A DNA stretch of 32,000 nucleotides from Erysipelotrichaceae bacterium (GTDB taxonomy: Bacteria > Bacillota_I > Bacilli_A > Erysipelotrichales > Coprobacillaceae). Shown here piece by piece: positions 1 to 10,595 of the stretch. The stretch's first letter is position 1. The number at the start of each line of letters is the position of its first letter. The notes beneath the pieces were generated by a model. It did not search any database. It was not told the DNA's origin and was given only the letters and a program-made list of their open reading frames with translations. The stretch lies in assembly GCA_028698185.1 (NCBI GenBank), contig JAQVDW010000015.1:10838-42837 (forward strand), in the 5' to 3' direction. The translations under genes were made by a program, and so were the position numbers.

Positions 1-90
1 CAATTAGAAAATACAGCACGTATTAAAGAAGTTCGTAAATCTATCGCAAGAATCAAAACAATCATTAGAGAAAGAGAACTTCAAGGTTAA
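1..90 (+). CDS. rpmC: 50S ribosomal protein L29, C-terminal fragment (5' end lies outside the window)
   Basis: Frame 1 reads [29 protein letters not shown], then TAA at 88-90. This is an L29-like C-terminus, and the fragment sits directly upstream of rpsQ as in S10 operons. Confidence 0.85.
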   Translation, partial: QLENTARIKEVRKSIARIKTIIRERELQG

Positions 91-104
91 TTAAGGAGAT
101 ACAA

Positions 105-365
105 ATGGAAAGAAGCGCAAGAAAAGTTTATACTGGAACTGTTGTATCTACTAAAATGGATAAGACTATTACAGTGCTGGTTGAAACTCACGTAAAACAT
201 AAACTTTACAGCAAACGTGTTAAACGTTCAACTAAATTCAAAGCTCATGATGAAAACAACACTGCGAACATCGGTGATACAGTTAAAATCATGGAAACAA
301 GACCTTTATCTGCAACAAAACGTTTCCGTTTAGTAGAAATCGTTAAAAAAGCAGATATCGTATAA
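105..365 (+). CDS. rpsQ: 30S ribosomal protein S17
   Basis: 86-aa ORF with AAGGAG at 93-98. S17-type sequence [22 protein letters not shown]...[24 protein letters not shown]. Synteny L29-S17-L14. Confidence 0.97.
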   Translation: MERSARKVYTGTVVSTKMDKTITVLVETHVKHKLYSKRVKRSTKFKAHDENNTANIGDTVKIMETRPLSATKRFRLVEIVKKADIV

Positions 366-392
366 GAACTCTAGAAAAAGGAGGTAGCCTAA

Positions 393-761
393 ATGATTCA
401 AAATGAAAGTAGACTTAAAGTAGCTGACAATACTGGTGCTAAAGAAGTGTTAGTAATCCGCAATTTAGGTGGTTCAAATAGAAAAACAAGTAATATCGGT
501 GATATTATCGTTTGTACAGTAAAACAAGCCATCCCTGGTGGTTCTGTAAAAAAAGGTGATGTAGTAAAAGCAGTTATCGTAAGAACTAAATACGGTGTAG
601 GACGTCCTAACGGATCATTCATCAAGTTCGACGACAATGCTTGTGTAATTATCAAAGATGACAAGTCTCCAAAAGGAACTCGTATCTTTGGACCAGTAGC
701 AAGAGAGTTGAGAGATGCTGATTTCATGAAGATCGTATCTTTGGCTCCAGAAGTATTATAA
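393..761 (+). CDS. rplN: 50S ribosomal protein L14
   Basis: 122 aa with the canonical L14 N-terminus [18 protein letters not shown] and C-terminus [16 protein letters not shown] upstream. Confidence 0.98.
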   Translation: MIQNESRLKVADNTGAKEVLVIRNLGGSNRKTSNIGDIIVCTVKQAIPGGSVKKGDVVKAVIVRTKYGVGRPNGSFIKFDDNACVIIKDDKSPKGTRIFGPVARELRDADFMKIVSLAPEVL

Positions 762-770
762 TAGGAGGAC

Positions 771-1094
771 ATGACATTGAAAATCCGCGTAGGTGATACT
801 GTCGAAGTAATCGCAGGTAAAGACAAAGGTCAACAAGGTGAAGTGTTACAAGTTCTTGCTAAAGAAGATCGCGTAATCGTTGAAGGTGTAAACATGGTAA
901 CTAAACATGTCAAACCATCACAAACTGACCCTGAAGGTGGTATTATTACAAGAGAAGCTCCAATTCATGTTTCTAATGTAGCATACTACGATAAAAAAGC
1001 TAAAAAACCAGTTAAGTTAGGTTATAAAGTAACTGAAACTGATGGAAAAAAAGTAAAAGTTCGTGTTAACAAAGCAACAGGAACAGAAATTTAG
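771..1094 (+). CDS. rplX: 50S ribosomal protein L24
   Basis: KOW motif [24 protein letters not shown] at 763-768 is only 2 nt from ATG 771 but 8 nt from the in-frame TTG 777, so the real start is probably 777 (MKIRVGD...). Confidence 0.95.
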   Translation: MTLKIRVGDTVEVIAGKDKGQQGEVLQVLAKEDRVIVEGVNMVTKHVKPSQTDPEGGIITREAPIHVSNVAYYDKKAKKPVKLGYKVTETDGKKVKVRVNKATGTEI

Positions 1095-1116
1095 ATTGTT
1101 GGAAGGAGGAGCTATA

Positions 1117-1656
1117 ATGAATCGTTTACAAGAACGTTATAATAACGAAGTAATCAAATCATTAATGGAAAAATTCAATTATTCTTCAACAATGCAAGCA
1201 CCAAAACTTGAAAAAATCGTTTTAAACGTTGGTGTTGGAGATGCGGTAAATAATTCTAAATTATTAGAAGACGCTGTGGCTGAATTAACATTAATCACTG
1301 GACAAAAACCAGTAATCACAAAAGCAAAGAAATCAATTGCAGGTTTCAAATTACGTGAAGGTGCACCTATCGGGTGTAAAGTAACTTTGCGTGCTGAAAA
1401 AATGTATGAATTCTTAGATAAATTGGTAAGTGTTTCTTTACCACGTGTAAGAGACTTTAGAGGTGTATCTAGAAATGCATTTGACGGTAGAGGTAACTAT
1501 ACATTAGGTATCAAAGAACAATTAATCTTCCCAGAAATTGACTTTGATAAAGTAAATAAAATCAGAGGGATGGATATCGTATTCGTAACTACAGCTAACA
1601 ATGATGACGAAGGTCGCGAATTATTGGCTCAATTAGGAATGCCATTCCAAAAATAA
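1117..1656 (+). CDS. rplE: 50S ribosomal protein L5
   Basis: The ORF track begins at 1063, inside rplX. GGAAGGAGG (1101-1109) precedes ATG 1117, which gives [12 protein letters not shown], the canonical L5 N-terminus. 179 aa. Confidence 0.96.
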   Translation: MNRLQERYNNEVIKSLMEKFNYSSTMQAPKLEKIVLNVGVGDAVNNSKLLEDAVAELTLITGQKPVITKAKKSIAGFKLREGAPIGCKVTLRAEKMYEFLDKLVSVSLPRVRDFRGVSRNAFDGRGNYTLGIKEQLIFPEIDFDKVNKIRGMDIVFVTTANNDDEGRELLAQLGMPFQK

Positions 1657-1673
1657 CGGAGGTTGTATAATCA

Positions 1674-1859
1674 ATGGCTAAAACATCAATGAAGGTTAAA
1701 CAACAACGTCCACAAAAATACAAAGTACGTGAGTATACACGTTGCGAACGTTGTGGTAGACCACACTCAGTAATCAGTAAATTTAAACTTTGTCGTATTT
1801 GTTTCCGCGAACTAGCGTACAAAGGTGAAATCCCAGGCGTTAAAAAAGCAAGCTGGTAA
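1674..1859 (+). CDS. rpsN: 30S ribosomal protein S14, type Z (zinc-binding short form)
   Basis: 61 aa with a CxxC...CxxC zinc ribbon ([20 protein letters not shown]). Lies between rplE and rpsH. Confidence 0.96.
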   Translation: MAKTSMKVKQQRPQKYKVREYTRCERCGRPHSVISKFKLCRICFRELAYKGEIPGVKKASW

Positions 1860-1895
1860 AAATAAGAAAGAATTCGTGGAAGGAGGATTTAAGCA

Positions 1896-2291
1896 ATGGT
1901 AATGACAGATCCAATTGCAGATATGCTAACAAGAATCCGTAATGCGAATAGACAACGTCATGATGATGTGGCTATTCCTTACTCTAAAATTAAAGAAGAA
2001 ATCGCTCAAATTTTAGTTAATGAAGGATTCGTAAAAAGTTTTAAAGTTGAGGGCGAAGGTGCCTCTAAAAATATCAAAATTGCTTTAAAATACAGAGGTA
2101 ATGAAAGAGTAATTACTGACTTAAAACGTATTTCTAAACCAGGATTACGTGTTTATGCTAAAGTAAATGAAATTCCTAAAGTATTAAACGGTTTAGGAAT
2201 CGTTGTTGTATCAACTTCACAAGGAGTTATCACTGACAAAGAAGCACGCGCTAAACAAGTTGGTGGAGAAGTCCTTGCATATATTTGGTAA
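1896..2291 (+). CDS. rpsH: 30S ribosomal protein S8
   Basis: 131 aa. Signature [14 protein letters not shown]; ends [16 protein letters not shown] upstream. Confidence 0.97.
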   Translation: MVMTDPIADMLTRIRNANRQRHDDVAIPYSKIKEEIAQILVNEGFVKSFKVEGEGASKNIKIALKYRGNERVITDLKRISKPGLRVYAKVNEIPKVLNGLGIVVVSTSQGVITDKEARAKQVGGEVLAYIW

Positions 2292-2311
2292 GGAAAACAG
2301 GAGGTTAAACG

Positions 2312-2857
2312 ATGTCTCGTATCGGTAATAAAATTATTAACATTCCTGAAGGTGTCACTGTAGAAGTTGCTGCAAATAACGAAGTAACTGTTAAAGGACC
2401 TAAAGGAACATTAACTAGACAATTTGATCCATCTATTTCTCTGGAAATCGAAGATGGTGTAATCACTGTTAAAAGAAGCAGTGAAATAAAACGTGTAAAA
2501 CAATTGCACGGAACTACTAGAGCATTGCTTGCGAATATGATTCAAGGATGTAGCGAAGGCTTCAAAAAAGAACTTGAAATCGTAGGGATCGGGTATCGTG
2601 CTCAAATGAAGGGTAATGCATTAAATCTTGCTTTAGGTTATTCTCATCCAATCGAGATGGAAATCGAAGAAGGAATTACTGTAGAAACTCCAACTAACAC
2701 AAAAATCATCGTATCAGGGATTTCTAAAGAACGCGTTGGACAAGTTGCAGCGGTTATTAGATCTTACCGTAAACCTGAACCTTACAAAGGTAAAGGGATT
2801 CGCTACGTTGATGAAAAGATCATCAGAAAAGAAGGAAAAACTGCTGGTAAAAAGTAG
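2312..2857 (+). CDS. rplF: 50S ribosomal protein L6
   Basis: 181 aa. N-terminus [17 protein letters not shown], later [11 protein letters not shown]. Synteny. Confidence 0.97.
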   Translation: MSRIGNKIINIPEGVTVEVAANNEVTVKGPKGTLTRQFDPSISLEIEDGVITVKRSSEIKRVKQLHGTTRALLANMIQGCSEGFKKELEIVGIGYRAQMKGNALNLALGYSHPIEMEIEEGITVETPTNTKIIVSGISKERVGQVAAVIRSYRKPEPYKGKGIRYVDEKIIRKEGKTAGKK

Positions 2858-2883
2858 TTAGCTAAAGGAAAGGAGCTTACATA

Positions 2884-3240
2884 ATGGCAAAAAAATTATC
2901 ACGTAACGGCAACCGTCTTAAAAGACATGCACGTATTCGTAGAAAAATATCTGGAACAGCTTCATGCCCACGTTTAAATGTGTTCCGTTCTAACGCTCAT
3001 ATCCATGCCCAAATCATCGATGATGTTAACGGTGTGACTTTAGCTAGCGCATCTAGCGTTGATATGAAATTAGAAAATGGTGGCAACATTCAAGCTGCAT
3101 CTCAAGTAGGAACTGCAATCGCAGAACGTGCTAAAGCAGCAGGTGTTGAAAATGTAGTATTTGACCGTGGAGGTTATGTATATCATGGTCGTGTTAAAGC
3201 TTTAGCAGAAGCTGCTAGAGAAGCTGGATTAAAATTCTAA
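2884..3240 (+). CDS. rplR: 50S ribosomal protein L18
   Basis: 118 aa. Contains [15 protein letters not shown]...[17 protein letters not shown] and ends [26 protein letters not shown]. Confidence 0.97.
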   Translation: MAKKLSRNGNRLKRHARIRRKISGTASCPRLNVFRSNAHIHAQIIDDVNGVTLASASSVDMKLENGGNIQAASQVGTAIAERAKAAGVENVVFDRGGYVYHGRVKALAEAAREAGLKF

Positions 3241-3252
3241 AGGAGGTCAACT

Positions 3253-3810
3253 ATGGAAGAACGTAAGCCAAGAGAGTCTAGTGGTCCTAGAAGAACTCGC
3301 AAAAATTCAAGAAATAGACCTAGAAGAGAAGAAAAAGAATTTGAAGAACGCGTTGTAACTATTAACCGTATCACCAAAGTAGTAAAAGGTGGTCGTAAAA
3401 TGAGATTTGCGGCGTTAGTAGTTATCGGTGATAAAAAAGGTCGCGTTGGTTTTGGAACTGGAAAAGCTAACGAAGTACCTGATGCAATCCGTAAAGCAAT
3501 TGAAAATGCAAAACGTAACTTAATCACTGTACCAATGGTTAATGGAACAATCACTCATGAAATCAATGGTCAATTTAAATCAGGGAATGTATTCTTGAAA
3601 CCTGCTTCTGCCGGTACTGGAGTCATCGCTGGTGGACCTGTTCGTGCGGTTGTCGAATTGGCAGGTTACACAGATATCTTATCTAAATCATTAGGATCAA
3701 GAACTCCAATCAACATGGTTAGAGCTACTGTTGAAGGTTTAAGCTCATTAAAAACAGTTGAAGAAGTTGCTAGCTTAAGAGACAAAACTGTTCAAGAAAT
3801 TTACGGTTAG
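3253..3810 (+). CDS. rpsE: 30S ribosomal protein S5 (with an Arg/Lys-rich N-terminal extension)
   Basis: 185 aa. Core [41 protein letters not shown]. About 30 residues precede the conserved core. Confidence 0.96.
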   Translation: MEERKPRESSGPRRTRKNSRNRPRREEKEFEERVVTINRITKVVKGGRKMRFAALVVIGDKKGRVGFGTGKANEVPDAIRKAIENAKRNLITVPMVNGTITHEINGQFKSGNVFLKPASAGTGVIAGGPVRAVVELAGYTDILSKSLGSRTPINMVRATVEGLSSLKTVEEVASLRDKTVQEIYG

Positions 3811-3822
3811 GAGGACATATTA

Positions 3823-4005
3823 ATGGCAGAAAAATTAAGTATTACGCTTGTTAAAAGTCCGATTGGTCAAAAACCTAAACAAAGGGCAACTCTTCAAGCG
3901 TTAGGATTAACTAAATTAAACAAAACAGTTGTTAAACAAAACAATGTTTATACTCAAGGTATGATCAATGTTGTTGAACACCTTGTAAAAGTTGAAGAAA
4001 ATTAG
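3823..4005 (+). CDS. rpmD: 50S ribosomal protein L30
   Basis: 60 aa, [25 protein letters not shown]. Lies between rpsE and rplO. Confidence 0.96.
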   Translation: MAEKLSITLVKSPIGQKPKQRATLQALGLTKLNKTVVKQNNVYTQGMINVVEHLVKVEEN

Positions 4006-4016
4006 GAGGTGTACTG

Positions 4017-4457
4017 ATGAAATTACATGAATTACGATACACTGAAGGTTCTCGTAAAGCTAGAAAACGTATTGGTCGCGGAACAAGTTCTGGTACTGGT
4101 AAAACTGCTGGTAAAGGACAAAAAGGACAATCTTCACGTTCAGGTGGATTGAAAAAACCTGGATTCGAAGGGGGACAAACACCTTTATTCATGCGTATTC
4201 CAAAACGTGGATTTACTAACGTTAACCGTAAAGAATATGCAATCGTAAACGTTGAATCTTTAAACAAATTCGATGCAAACAGTGTTGTGACTATTGAGTC
4301 TTTAAAAGAAGCTGGATTAGTTAAGAAGGAATTGGCTGGTGTTAAAATCTTAGGTAACGGTGAGTTAGAAAAAGCTTTAACAGTTCAAGCGAACAAATTC
4401 TCTAAATCAGCAATCGCTGCAATCGAAGCTGCTGGTGGTAAAACCGAGGTGATCTAA
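4017..4457 (+). CDS. rplO: 50S ribosomal protein L15
   Basis: 146 aa. [31 protein letters not shown] Gly-rich N-terminal region. Synteny. Confidence 0.97.
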   Translation: MKLHELRYTEGSRKARKRIGRGTSSGTGKTAGKGQKGQSSRSGGLKKPGFEGGQTPLFMRIPKRGFTNVNRKEYAIVNVESLNKFDANSVVTIESLKEAGLVKKELAGVKILGNGELEKALTVQANKFSKSAIAAIEAAGGKTEVI

Positions 4458-4458
4458 A

Positions 4459-5742
4459 ATGCGAACTTTTTTGAAAAGTGTTTTCGCAAAAGGTGACCTT
4501 CGTCGAAAGATAATTTTTACTTTAGGAATTTTATTTGTCTTCCGTCTAGGAGCGGCAATTACTATTCCTACGGTAAATATCGGCGCAATCGATTCTTCCC
4601 AAGGAATCTTTGGAATCATGAATCTGATTGGTGGGGGAACCTTAGAAAGATTTTCAATATTTGCATTAGGAGTCTCACCTTATATTACTTCATCGATAAT
4701 CATTGAATTATTATCGATGGATGTTATCCCGACATTGACCCAATGGTCAAAAGAAGGAAATACAGGGAAAAAGAAAAAAGACCAGGTGACACGCTACGTG
4801 ACACTGGCTTTATCTTTACTTCAAGGAGCGGTCCTTACCTACGCATTTGACAAAGGCTATGGGATTCTCGAAAACCCAAGCATCGCGTCTTACATCTACG
4901 TTGTCGTTATAATGACGGCGGGATCGATGTTTGCCGTATGGTTAGGTGACCAAATTACAAATAAGGGTATTGGCAACGGCGTTTCTTTGTTGATCTTCAC
5001 GGGAATCGTCTCTAACTTGCCATCGTCATTCATTACAACATTTAATTCAATTGTAACTGAAGGCACCAGCTTTACCCTGGATTTATTGTGGTATCTGCTG
5101 TTTGTTGTTGTTTATATCGCGATCATAATCTTTGTAGTCTTCAATGAAGGTTCGCAAAGAAAGATCCCAATCGTTTATGCCTCAAGCACTAATACGATCA
5201 TGCGCACCAAAGAACAAACGCATATGCCAATCAAGATAAATAGTTCTGGGGTAATCCCAGTCATCTTCGCCGCATCAGTAATGGCTGCACCAAGAACGGT
5301 TATTTCGTTCATGGAGTCCAACAGTGTGACGGAGATCATCGATACAGTATGTAATTACCAAAAACCAATCGGATTTGTCTTATACATTGCGATGATTGCG
5401 TTTTTCACTTTCTTCTACAGCAACCTTCAAATAGATTCTGAGAAGATAAGCAAGGATTTACGCAAAAATGGCGGGTCGATTCCCGGAGTTCGTACCGGTG
5501 AGGAGACACGGTGGTATTTATATCGAGTAATCAACCAAGTAACTGTGGTAGGGGCATTATTTCTAATAATTATTGCCGCCATTCCGGTTATTACTCCTGT
5601 GATTTGGGAGCAAACATCTAACGCACAAGTTTCCCTTGGGGGAACCGGGTTAATCATCGTAACCTCGGTTGCATTAGAGACAATCAGACAAATCAAAACA
5701 CAAGTCACTCGTAAAGAGTATCACGGATATATTCGAAAATAG
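4459..5742 (+). CDS. secY: preprotein translocase subunit SecY
   Basis: 427 aa, multi-pass membrane protein. Motifs FALGVSPYITSSIIIELL and GSIPGVRTGEET. Start lies 1 nt after the rplO stop. Canonical spc-operon position. Confidence 0.97.
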   Translation: MRTFLKSVFAKGDLRRKIIFTLGILFVFRLGAAITIPTVNIGAIDSSQGIFGIMNLIGGGTLERFSIFALGVSPYITSSIIIELLSMDVIPTLTQWSKEGNTGKKKKDQVTRYVTLALSLLQGAVLTYAFDKGYGILENPSIASYIYVVVIMTAGSMFAVWLGDQITNKGIGNGVSLLIFTGIVSNLPSSFITTFNSIVTEGTSFTLDLLWYLLFVVVYIAIIIFVVFNEGSQRKIPIVYASSTNTIMRTKEQTHMPIKINSSGVIPVIFAASVMAAPRTVISFMESNSVTEIIDTVCNYQKPIGFVLYIAMIAFFTFFYSNLQIDSEKISKDLRKNGGSIPGVRTGEETRWYLYRVINQVTVVGALFLIIIAAIPVITPVIWEQTSNAQVSLGGTGLIIVTSVALETIRQIKTQVTRKEYHGYIRK

Positions 5743-5757
5743 TTGTAGGAGGCGTCA

Positions 5758-6405
5758 ATGAATATTATTTTAATGGGCCCACCTGGTGCAGGTAAGGGTA
5801 CACAGGCCGCGAAACTTGTCAGTGAGTATGGGTTAGCTCATATCTCTACTGGGGATATTTTCAGAAAAGCCTTAAAGGAACAAACTAAATATGGGGTTAT
5901 TGCGAAATACTTCATCCAATTTGGTTATTTAGTCCCTGATGACTACACAATTGGGATGGTAAGAGAATACCTGAGAGAGCATGAATTCCCTAACGGGTTC
6001 ATTCTTGACGGCTTCCCAAGAACTATTATTCAAGCTCGTGAGCTGGAATCAATCGGCAAAGAATTCGGATTCAAAATCGATGCGGTGTTGAACCTTGATG
6101 TTGATCTCGACATCCTGGCAACAAGGCTTTCGGGAAGAAGAACTTGCCGCAATTGTGGAGCTACTTACCATATCGAATTCAATCCTCCAAAAACTCAAGA
6201 TGTATGTGATAAATGTGGTGGTGAATTGTACCAGCGCGCTGACGAAAGTGAAGAGGCTGTGAAGGTTCGCTTAGAAACTTATAACAAGCAAACTCGCCCA
6301 TTAGTTGATTATTATACAATGACCGGCGACATTACTAACATAAATGGTGATCAATCTATGGAAGACGTCTTTAGCGATATTAAAGCCCGGTTGGAGGCTA
6401 TGTAA
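5758..6405 (+). CDS. adk: adenylate kinase (Zn-binding lid)
   Basis: P-loop GPPGAGKGTQA. LID region with four Cys (CRNCGATYH...CDKCGGELYQR). 215 aa. Confidence 0.97.
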   Translation: MNIILMGPPGAGKGTQAAKLVSEYGLAHISTGDIFRKALKEQTKYGVIAKYFIQFGYLVPDDYTIGMVREYLREHEFPNGFILDGFPRTIIQARELESIGKEFGFKIDAVLNLDVDLDILATRLSGRRTCRNCGATYHIEFNPPKTQDVCDKCGGELYQRADESEEAVKVRLETYNKQTRPLVDYYTMTGDITNINGDQSMEDVFSDIKARLEAM

Positions 6406-7151
6406 TGATCATTACTAAAGATGCACAAGAAATAGTTTGGATGAAAGAAGCCGGAAGGGTTGTAGCGTTAGTTCATCAAAAACTAGCTATGGTAATTGTG
6501 CCAGGGATAACTACCAAGCAGATCAATGAGATTTGCGAGGAAGTAATCTACGCTAATGGTGCAACTCCTTCATTTTTAAATTTGTATGGTTTCCCGGCCA
6601 GCGTCTGCACTTCAATCAATGAAGTCGTCGTTCACGGGATACCTGATAACACAGTATTAAAAAATGGTGATATAATCTCGGTGGATGTTGGAGCCTGTGT
6701 TCATGGATATCATGGAGATAGCGCTTGGACTTACGCGGTCGGAACAATCGATGAGAAAGCCAAACAGCTGATGGATGTTTGCGAACAGTCATTATATGTG
6801 GGGCTCGAACAAGTAAAACCCGGCAATCGCGTTTCTGACATTTCTTATGCAATTCAGACGTATCTGGAAAGTAATGGCTGCCAGACGCCTCGTGACTATA
6901 CCGGTCACGGGATCGGAAGCACAGTTCATGAAGACCCTGCAGTTCCAAACTTCGGGAATCCAGGACGTGGTCCTCGGTTAAAAAAGGGAATGGCCCTGGC
7001 CATTGAACCTATGGCTCATTTAGGTGCGAAGGAAACTCAAACCTTACAAGATGGGTGGACAGTTGTGACAAGAGACCGCTCACTCGCAGCTCACTTTGAA
7101 CACACTGTTATAATAACTGATGATGGATATGAAATTACAACAAAACTTTAG
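6405..7151 (+). CDS. map: type I methionyl aminopeptidase
   Basis: 248 aa. Metal-ligand contexts VVHGIP, DVGACVHGYHGDS, GHGIG, LAIEPM, FEHTV. The ATG overlaps the adk TAA (TAATG). Confidence 0.96.
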   Translation: MIITKDAQEIVWMKEAGRVVALVHQKLAMVIVPGITTKQINEICEEVIYANGATPSFLNLYGFPASVCTSINEVVVHGIPDNTVLKNGDIISVDVGACVHGYHGDSAWTYAVGTIDEKAKQLMDVCEQSLYVGLEQVKPGNRVSDISYAIQTYLESNGCQTPRDYTGHGIGSTVHEDPAVPNFGNPGRGPRLKKGMALAIEPMAHLGAKETQTLQDGWTVVTRDRSLAAHFEHTVIITDDGYEITTKL

Positions 7152-7163
7152 TAAGGAGTTAAT

Positions 7164-7385
7164 ATGGCAAAAAAAGATGACGTAATTGAAGTAGAAGCAA
7201 CCGTGCTTGAAACATTGCCAAATGCAATGTTTAAGGTTGCATTAGAAAATGGAGTGGAAATTCTTGCTCACGTTTCTGGTAAAATCCGTATGCACTACAT
7301 TCGCATTTTACCGGGGGATAGAGTTACCGTTGAAATATCTCCATACGACTTAACACGTGGGCGAATTACATTTAGACATAAATAG
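7164..7385 (+). CDS. infA: translation initiation factor IF-1
   Basis: 73 aa. [50 protein letters not shown] is canonical IF-1. Confidence 0.97.
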   Translation: MAKKDDVIEVEATVLETLPNAMFKVALENGVEILAHVSGKIRMHYIRILPGDRVTVEISPYDLTRGRITFRHK

Positions 7386-7406
7386 TAAGTACTAGGAGGA
7401 AGCAAG

Positions 7407-7520
7407 ATGAAAGTAAGACCATCTGTAAAACCAATGTGTGATAAATGCAGAGTAATTAGAAGAAAAGGGCGCGTAATGATTATTTGCGAAAACCCTAAAC
7501 ATAAACAAAGACAAGGTTAA
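7407..7520 (+). CDS. rpmJ: 50S ribosomal protein L36
   Basis: Not in the supplied ORF track (37 aa). AGGAGG at 7394-7399, 7 nt before ATG 7407. Translates [37 protein letters not shown] with TAA at 7518-7520. C-x2-C...C-x4-H zinc motif. Confidence 0.95.
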   Translation: MKVRPSVKPMCDKCRVIRRKGRVMIICENPKHKQRQG

Positions 7521-7532
7521 TAGGAGGAAAAT

Positions 7533-7898
7533 ATGGCTCGTATAGCAGGTGTAGATATCCCACGTGATAAACGTGTTGTTGTATCTTTAACATATATTTA
7601 TGGTATTGGGAAACCTACTTCTCAAAAAATCTTAGAAACAGTAGGAATCGACGAAAATACTCGTGTAAAAGATTTAACTGAAGATCAAGTTAATTTAATT
7701 AGAAAAGAAATCGAATCTGTTAAAGTAGAAGGTGACCTTCGTCGTGAAGTTGCTTTAAATATCAAACGATTAATGGAAATCGGTTCTTATCGTGGTATCC
7801 GTCATCGTAAAGGATTACCTGTTCGTGGACAAAAAACAAAAACAAATGCTCGTACTCGCAAAGGAAAAGCACGTCCAATCGCAGGAAAGAAAAAATAA
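7533..7898 (+). CDS. rpsM: 30S ribosomal protein S13
   Basis: 121 aa. [26 protein letters not shown] plus a basic C-terminal tail. Confidence 0.97.
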   Translation: MARIAGVDIPRDKRVVVSLTYIYGIGKPTSQKILETVGIDENTRVKDLTEDQVNLIRKEIESVKVEGDLRREVALNIKRLMEIGSYRGIRHRKGLPVRGQKTKTNARTRKGKARPIAGKKK

Positions 7899-7917
7899 TT
7901 TAAGGAGGATTGGATAA

Positions 7918-8310
7918 ATGGCAAAAGCAAGACAAGTGCGTGGTAAAAAACGTGCAAAGAAAAATATAGCTAAGGGTGTAGCTCACATCCATTCAACATT
8001 CAACAATACAATCGTAACTATCTCAGATGAACATGGTAACGTTGTTTCTTGGTCATCTGCAGGTGCTTTAGGATTCAAAGGATCTCGTAAATCTACTCCA
8101 TATGCTGCTCAAGAAGCTTCTCAAGCTGCTGCGAAAGCTGCAATGGACAATGGAATGAAATCTGTTGAAGTTAACGTAAAAGGTCCTGGACCAGGACGTG
8201 AATCTGCGGTTCGTGCATTACAAGCTGCGGGATTGGAAGTTTCTGCAATCACTGACGTGACACCTATCCCTCACAACGGTTGCCGTCCACCAAAACGCCC
8301 TCGTGGATAA
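7918..8310 (+). CDS. rpsK: 30S ribosomal protein S11
   Basis: 130 aa. [20 protein letters not shown] and the C-terminus [16 protein letters not shown]. Confidence 0.97.
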   Translation: MAKARQVRGKKRAKKNIAKGVAHIHSTFNNTIVTISDEHGNVVSWSSAGALGFKGSRKSTPYAAQEASQAAAKAAMDNGMKSVEVNVKGPGPGRESAVRALQAAGLEVSAITDVTPIPHNGCRPPKRPRG

Positions 8311-8341
8311 TAAATATTTTTACTAGTAGAGGAGGCAGAGC

Positions 8342-9286
8342 ATGCATAAATTTGAAAAAGCAAACATTAATATTCGTAATTTAGATGAATCTGACAACTA
8401 TGGCAAATTTGTGATTGAGCCATTGGAAAGAGGATTTGGGACTACGTTAGGAAATGCCCTAAGAAGAGTGTTGTTATCTTCTCTACCGGGATCGGCTGTC
8501 TACGCGGTTAAAATTCAAGGAGCGATCCATGAATTTTCGGCTGTTGATGGAATCGTTGAAGATGTTACTGCTATTATTCTTAATTTAAAGAAACTAGTGT
8601 TCAACATTGACAGCGATGAGAATGTAACAATGATCATCGATGTTGCAGGTCCTGCAAGAGTAACTGGTAAAGATATTCAATGTCCTTCTGACGTTCGAAT
8701 CATTTCTGAAGATTTGGAAATCGCTAATGTCGCTGAGGGTGGACATCTCTATATGGAACTTTATGCGCGTAAAGATCGCGGTTATAATAGTGCTGATCAA
8801 AACAAGAAAGACATCAAAACTATTGGAATCATTCCGACCGACTCAATCTTTACTCCAGTTGAAAAAGTATCTTATAGTGTGGAACCAACTCGCGTTGGAG
8901 AATCAGCTAAATACGATTTATTGACTTTGGAAGTTGAAACAAACGGTTCATTAAAACCTTACGAAGCAATTTCAATTGCCTCTAAAATATTAGTTGAACA
9001 CTTAAACATGTTTGTCGAAATGACTGACATAGCTAAAAATATGGAAGTTATGTCTGAAGTTGAAGAAGATACTACTGATAAAGTGTTAGATATGACGATT
9101 GAAGAACTTGATTTATCAGTTCGTTCATATAACTGCTTAAAACGTGCCGGAATCCAGACAGTTCAAGATTTAGCTGCTAAATCTGAAGATGAAATGATAA
9201 AAGTACGTAACTTAGGTAAAAAATCATTAAAAGAAGTAAAAGAAAAGTTAAGCGAACTTGGTCTAGGTTTTAGACCTGTCGACTAA
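8342..9286 (+). CDS. rpoA: DNA-directed RNA polymerase subunit alpha
   Basis: 314 aa. N-terminal domain [21 protein letters not shown]-terminal domain [25 protein letters not shown]. No rpsD between rpsK and rpoA, as in Bacillus-type alpha operons. Confidence 0.97.
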   Translation: MHKFEKANINIRNLDESDNYGKFVIEPLERGFGTTLGNALRRVLLSSLPGSAVYAVKIQGAIHEFSAVDGIVEDVTAIILNLKKLVFNIDSDENVTMIIDVAGPARVTGKDIQCPSDVRIISEDLEIANVAEGGHLYMELYARKDRGYNSADQNKKDIKTIGIIPTDSIFTPVEKVSYSVEPTRVGESAKYDLLTLEVETNGSLKPYEAISIASKILVEHLNMFVEMTDIAKNMEVMSEVEEDTTDKVLDMTIEELDLSVRSYNCLKRAGIQTVQDLAAKSEDEMIKVRNLGKKSLKEVKEKLSELGLGFRPVD

Positions 9287-9310
9287 CATTTTTAAGGAAG
9301 GAGCGCTACC

Positions 9311-9676
9311 ATGGCTAAAAATAGAAAATTAGGACGCACATCTGATATCCGTAAATCAATGTTACGTTCATTGGCAACTGAAGTGATCGTAAACGGTCAA
9401 ATCCGCACTACAGAAACTCGCGCAAAAGAAGTACGTTCAGTTGTTGAAGAGTTAATTACTTTAGGAAAACGTGGAGATTTACACGCAAGAAGACAGGCAG
9501 CTGCAGAAATGCATAAAGTGTCTAACCCAGAAACTGGAAAGAACGCTGTTCAAATCTTATTTGACGAAGTAGCACCTAAATTTGAAGGTGTTAACGGTGG
9601 ATACACACGTATTTACAAATTAGACAACCGTAAAGGTGACAATGCACCAATGGCATTGTTACAATTAACGAAATAA
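9311..9676 (+). CDS. rplQ: 50S ribosomal protein L17
   Basis: 121 aa. [30 protein letters not shown] and GGYTRI.KL..R.GD.A. Confidence 0.97.
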   Translation: MAKNRKLGRTSDIRKSMLRSLATEVIVNGQIRTTETRAKEVRSVVEELITLGKRGDLHARRQAAAEMHKVSNPETGKNAVQILFDEVAPKFEGVNGGYTRIYKLDNRKGDNAPMALLQLTK

Positions 9677-9682
9677 TTTTTT

Positions 9683-9704
9683 AGCGGGCCTAGCCCGCTT
9701 TTTT
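9683..9704 (+). terminator. intrinsic terminator of the ribosomal-protein super-operon
   Basis: Perfect 7-bp GC-rich stem AGCGGGC / GCCCGCT with a 3-nt loop (cta), followed by TTTTT. Begins 7 nt after the rplQ stop. Confidence 0.8.
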
Positions 9705-9714
9705 AGTTAATCGG

Positions 9715-9743
9715 TTGACAACACCATATTTATTTCATAAAAT
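9715..9743 (+). promoter_or_regulatory. sigma-A type promoter of the ecf-truA operon
   Basis: TTGACA (9715-9720), a 17-nt spacer, then TAAAAT (9738-9743). GGAGG at 9754-9758 and ATG at 9765 follow. Confidence 0.6.
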
Positions 9744-9764
9744 AAGTTGAATCGGAGGCCGGCA

Positions 9765-10595
9765 ATGGACAATATTATTGAAATCAAAGATCTATATTTT
9801 AGTTACAATGAAAGCACCCCGGTGCTCAAGGGCTTGAATCTAACGATTGCCAGAGGCGAAAATGTGGCGATTCTCGGTCCCAACGGCAGCGGTAAGAGCA
9901 CCATCGCGAAACTGCTGCTGGGATTGATCGAAGCCCAGAGTGGCCAGATCATCGTCAATGGGTTGGAATTGAATCTTGCCAACCTTTACGATGTCCGCAA
10001 AAATATCGGTATGGTTTTCCAGAATCCCGATAACCAGTTCATCGGTTCGACAGTTCGCGATGACATCGCCTTTGGACTGGAGAACATCTGTGTCCCTCAA
10101 GAGGAAATGGATGATATAATCATTGCCAATGCCCGCAAAGTCCATATGGAAAAATTCCTGGATCATGAACCGAAAAAGCTTTCAGGTGGCCAAAAGCAGC
10201 GGGTGGCGATTGCCGGGTGTCTGGCGATGGAACCCAACATCATCATCCTTGATGAAGCCACAAGCATGCTCGATCCGCTTGGCAGAGGGCAGATCAACCG
10301 CTCGATCAACAAGATCTCCAAGGACAAAAATATCACGGTAATTTCGATCACCCACGATATCGAGGCGGCCAAGGAAGCTTCACGGGTGGTTGTTGTCAAC
10401 AATGGTGTCGTCCAGCGGGAAGGCCGGCCCGATGAAGTCTTCCTGGATCAGGATTTCATGGAAGCGATGCGCCTCGATGTGCCTTTCGCCTTGAAGGTTT
10501 CCAGCGAGCTTAAAAAATCCGGATACAATATAAACAAGACAATCGATGAAAAGGAGTTGGTCGACCAAATATGTCAATTAAATTTGAAAAAGTAA
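9765..10595 (+). CDS. ecfA1: ECF transporter ATPase component EcfA1
   Basis: Walker A GPNGSGKST, signature LSGGQKQR, Walker B IIILDEATS. The ORF-track start TTG 9747 lies 4 nt after the -10 box, so ATG 9765 with the GGAGG SD is preferred (276 aa). First of the tandem ATPases after rplQ. Confidence 0.93.
   Translation: MDNIIEIKDLYFSYNESTPVLKGLNLTIARGENVAILGPNGSGKSTIAKLLLGLIEAQSGQIIVNGLELNLANLYDVRKNIGMVFQNPDNQFIGSTVRDDIAFGLENICVPQEEMDDIIIANARKVHMEKFLDHEPKKLSGGQKQRVAIAGCLAMEPNIIILDEATSMLDPLGRGQINRSINKISKDKNITVISITHDIEAAKEASRVVVVNNGVVQREGRPDEVFLDQDFMEAMRLDVPFALKVSSELKKSGYNINKTIDEKELVDQICQLNLKK

Noticed and set aside
9677-9765. The sharp GC jump at the rplQ/ecfA1 boundary, read as the edge of a horizontally acquired island.
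   Set aside because: The genes on the GC-richer side (ecfA1A2T-truA) are the canonical conserved neighbours of rplQ in Bacillota. No integrase, tRNA, direct repeats or IS remnants are present. hup shows the same AT-rich signature in isolation. Expression-linked codon selection fits better.
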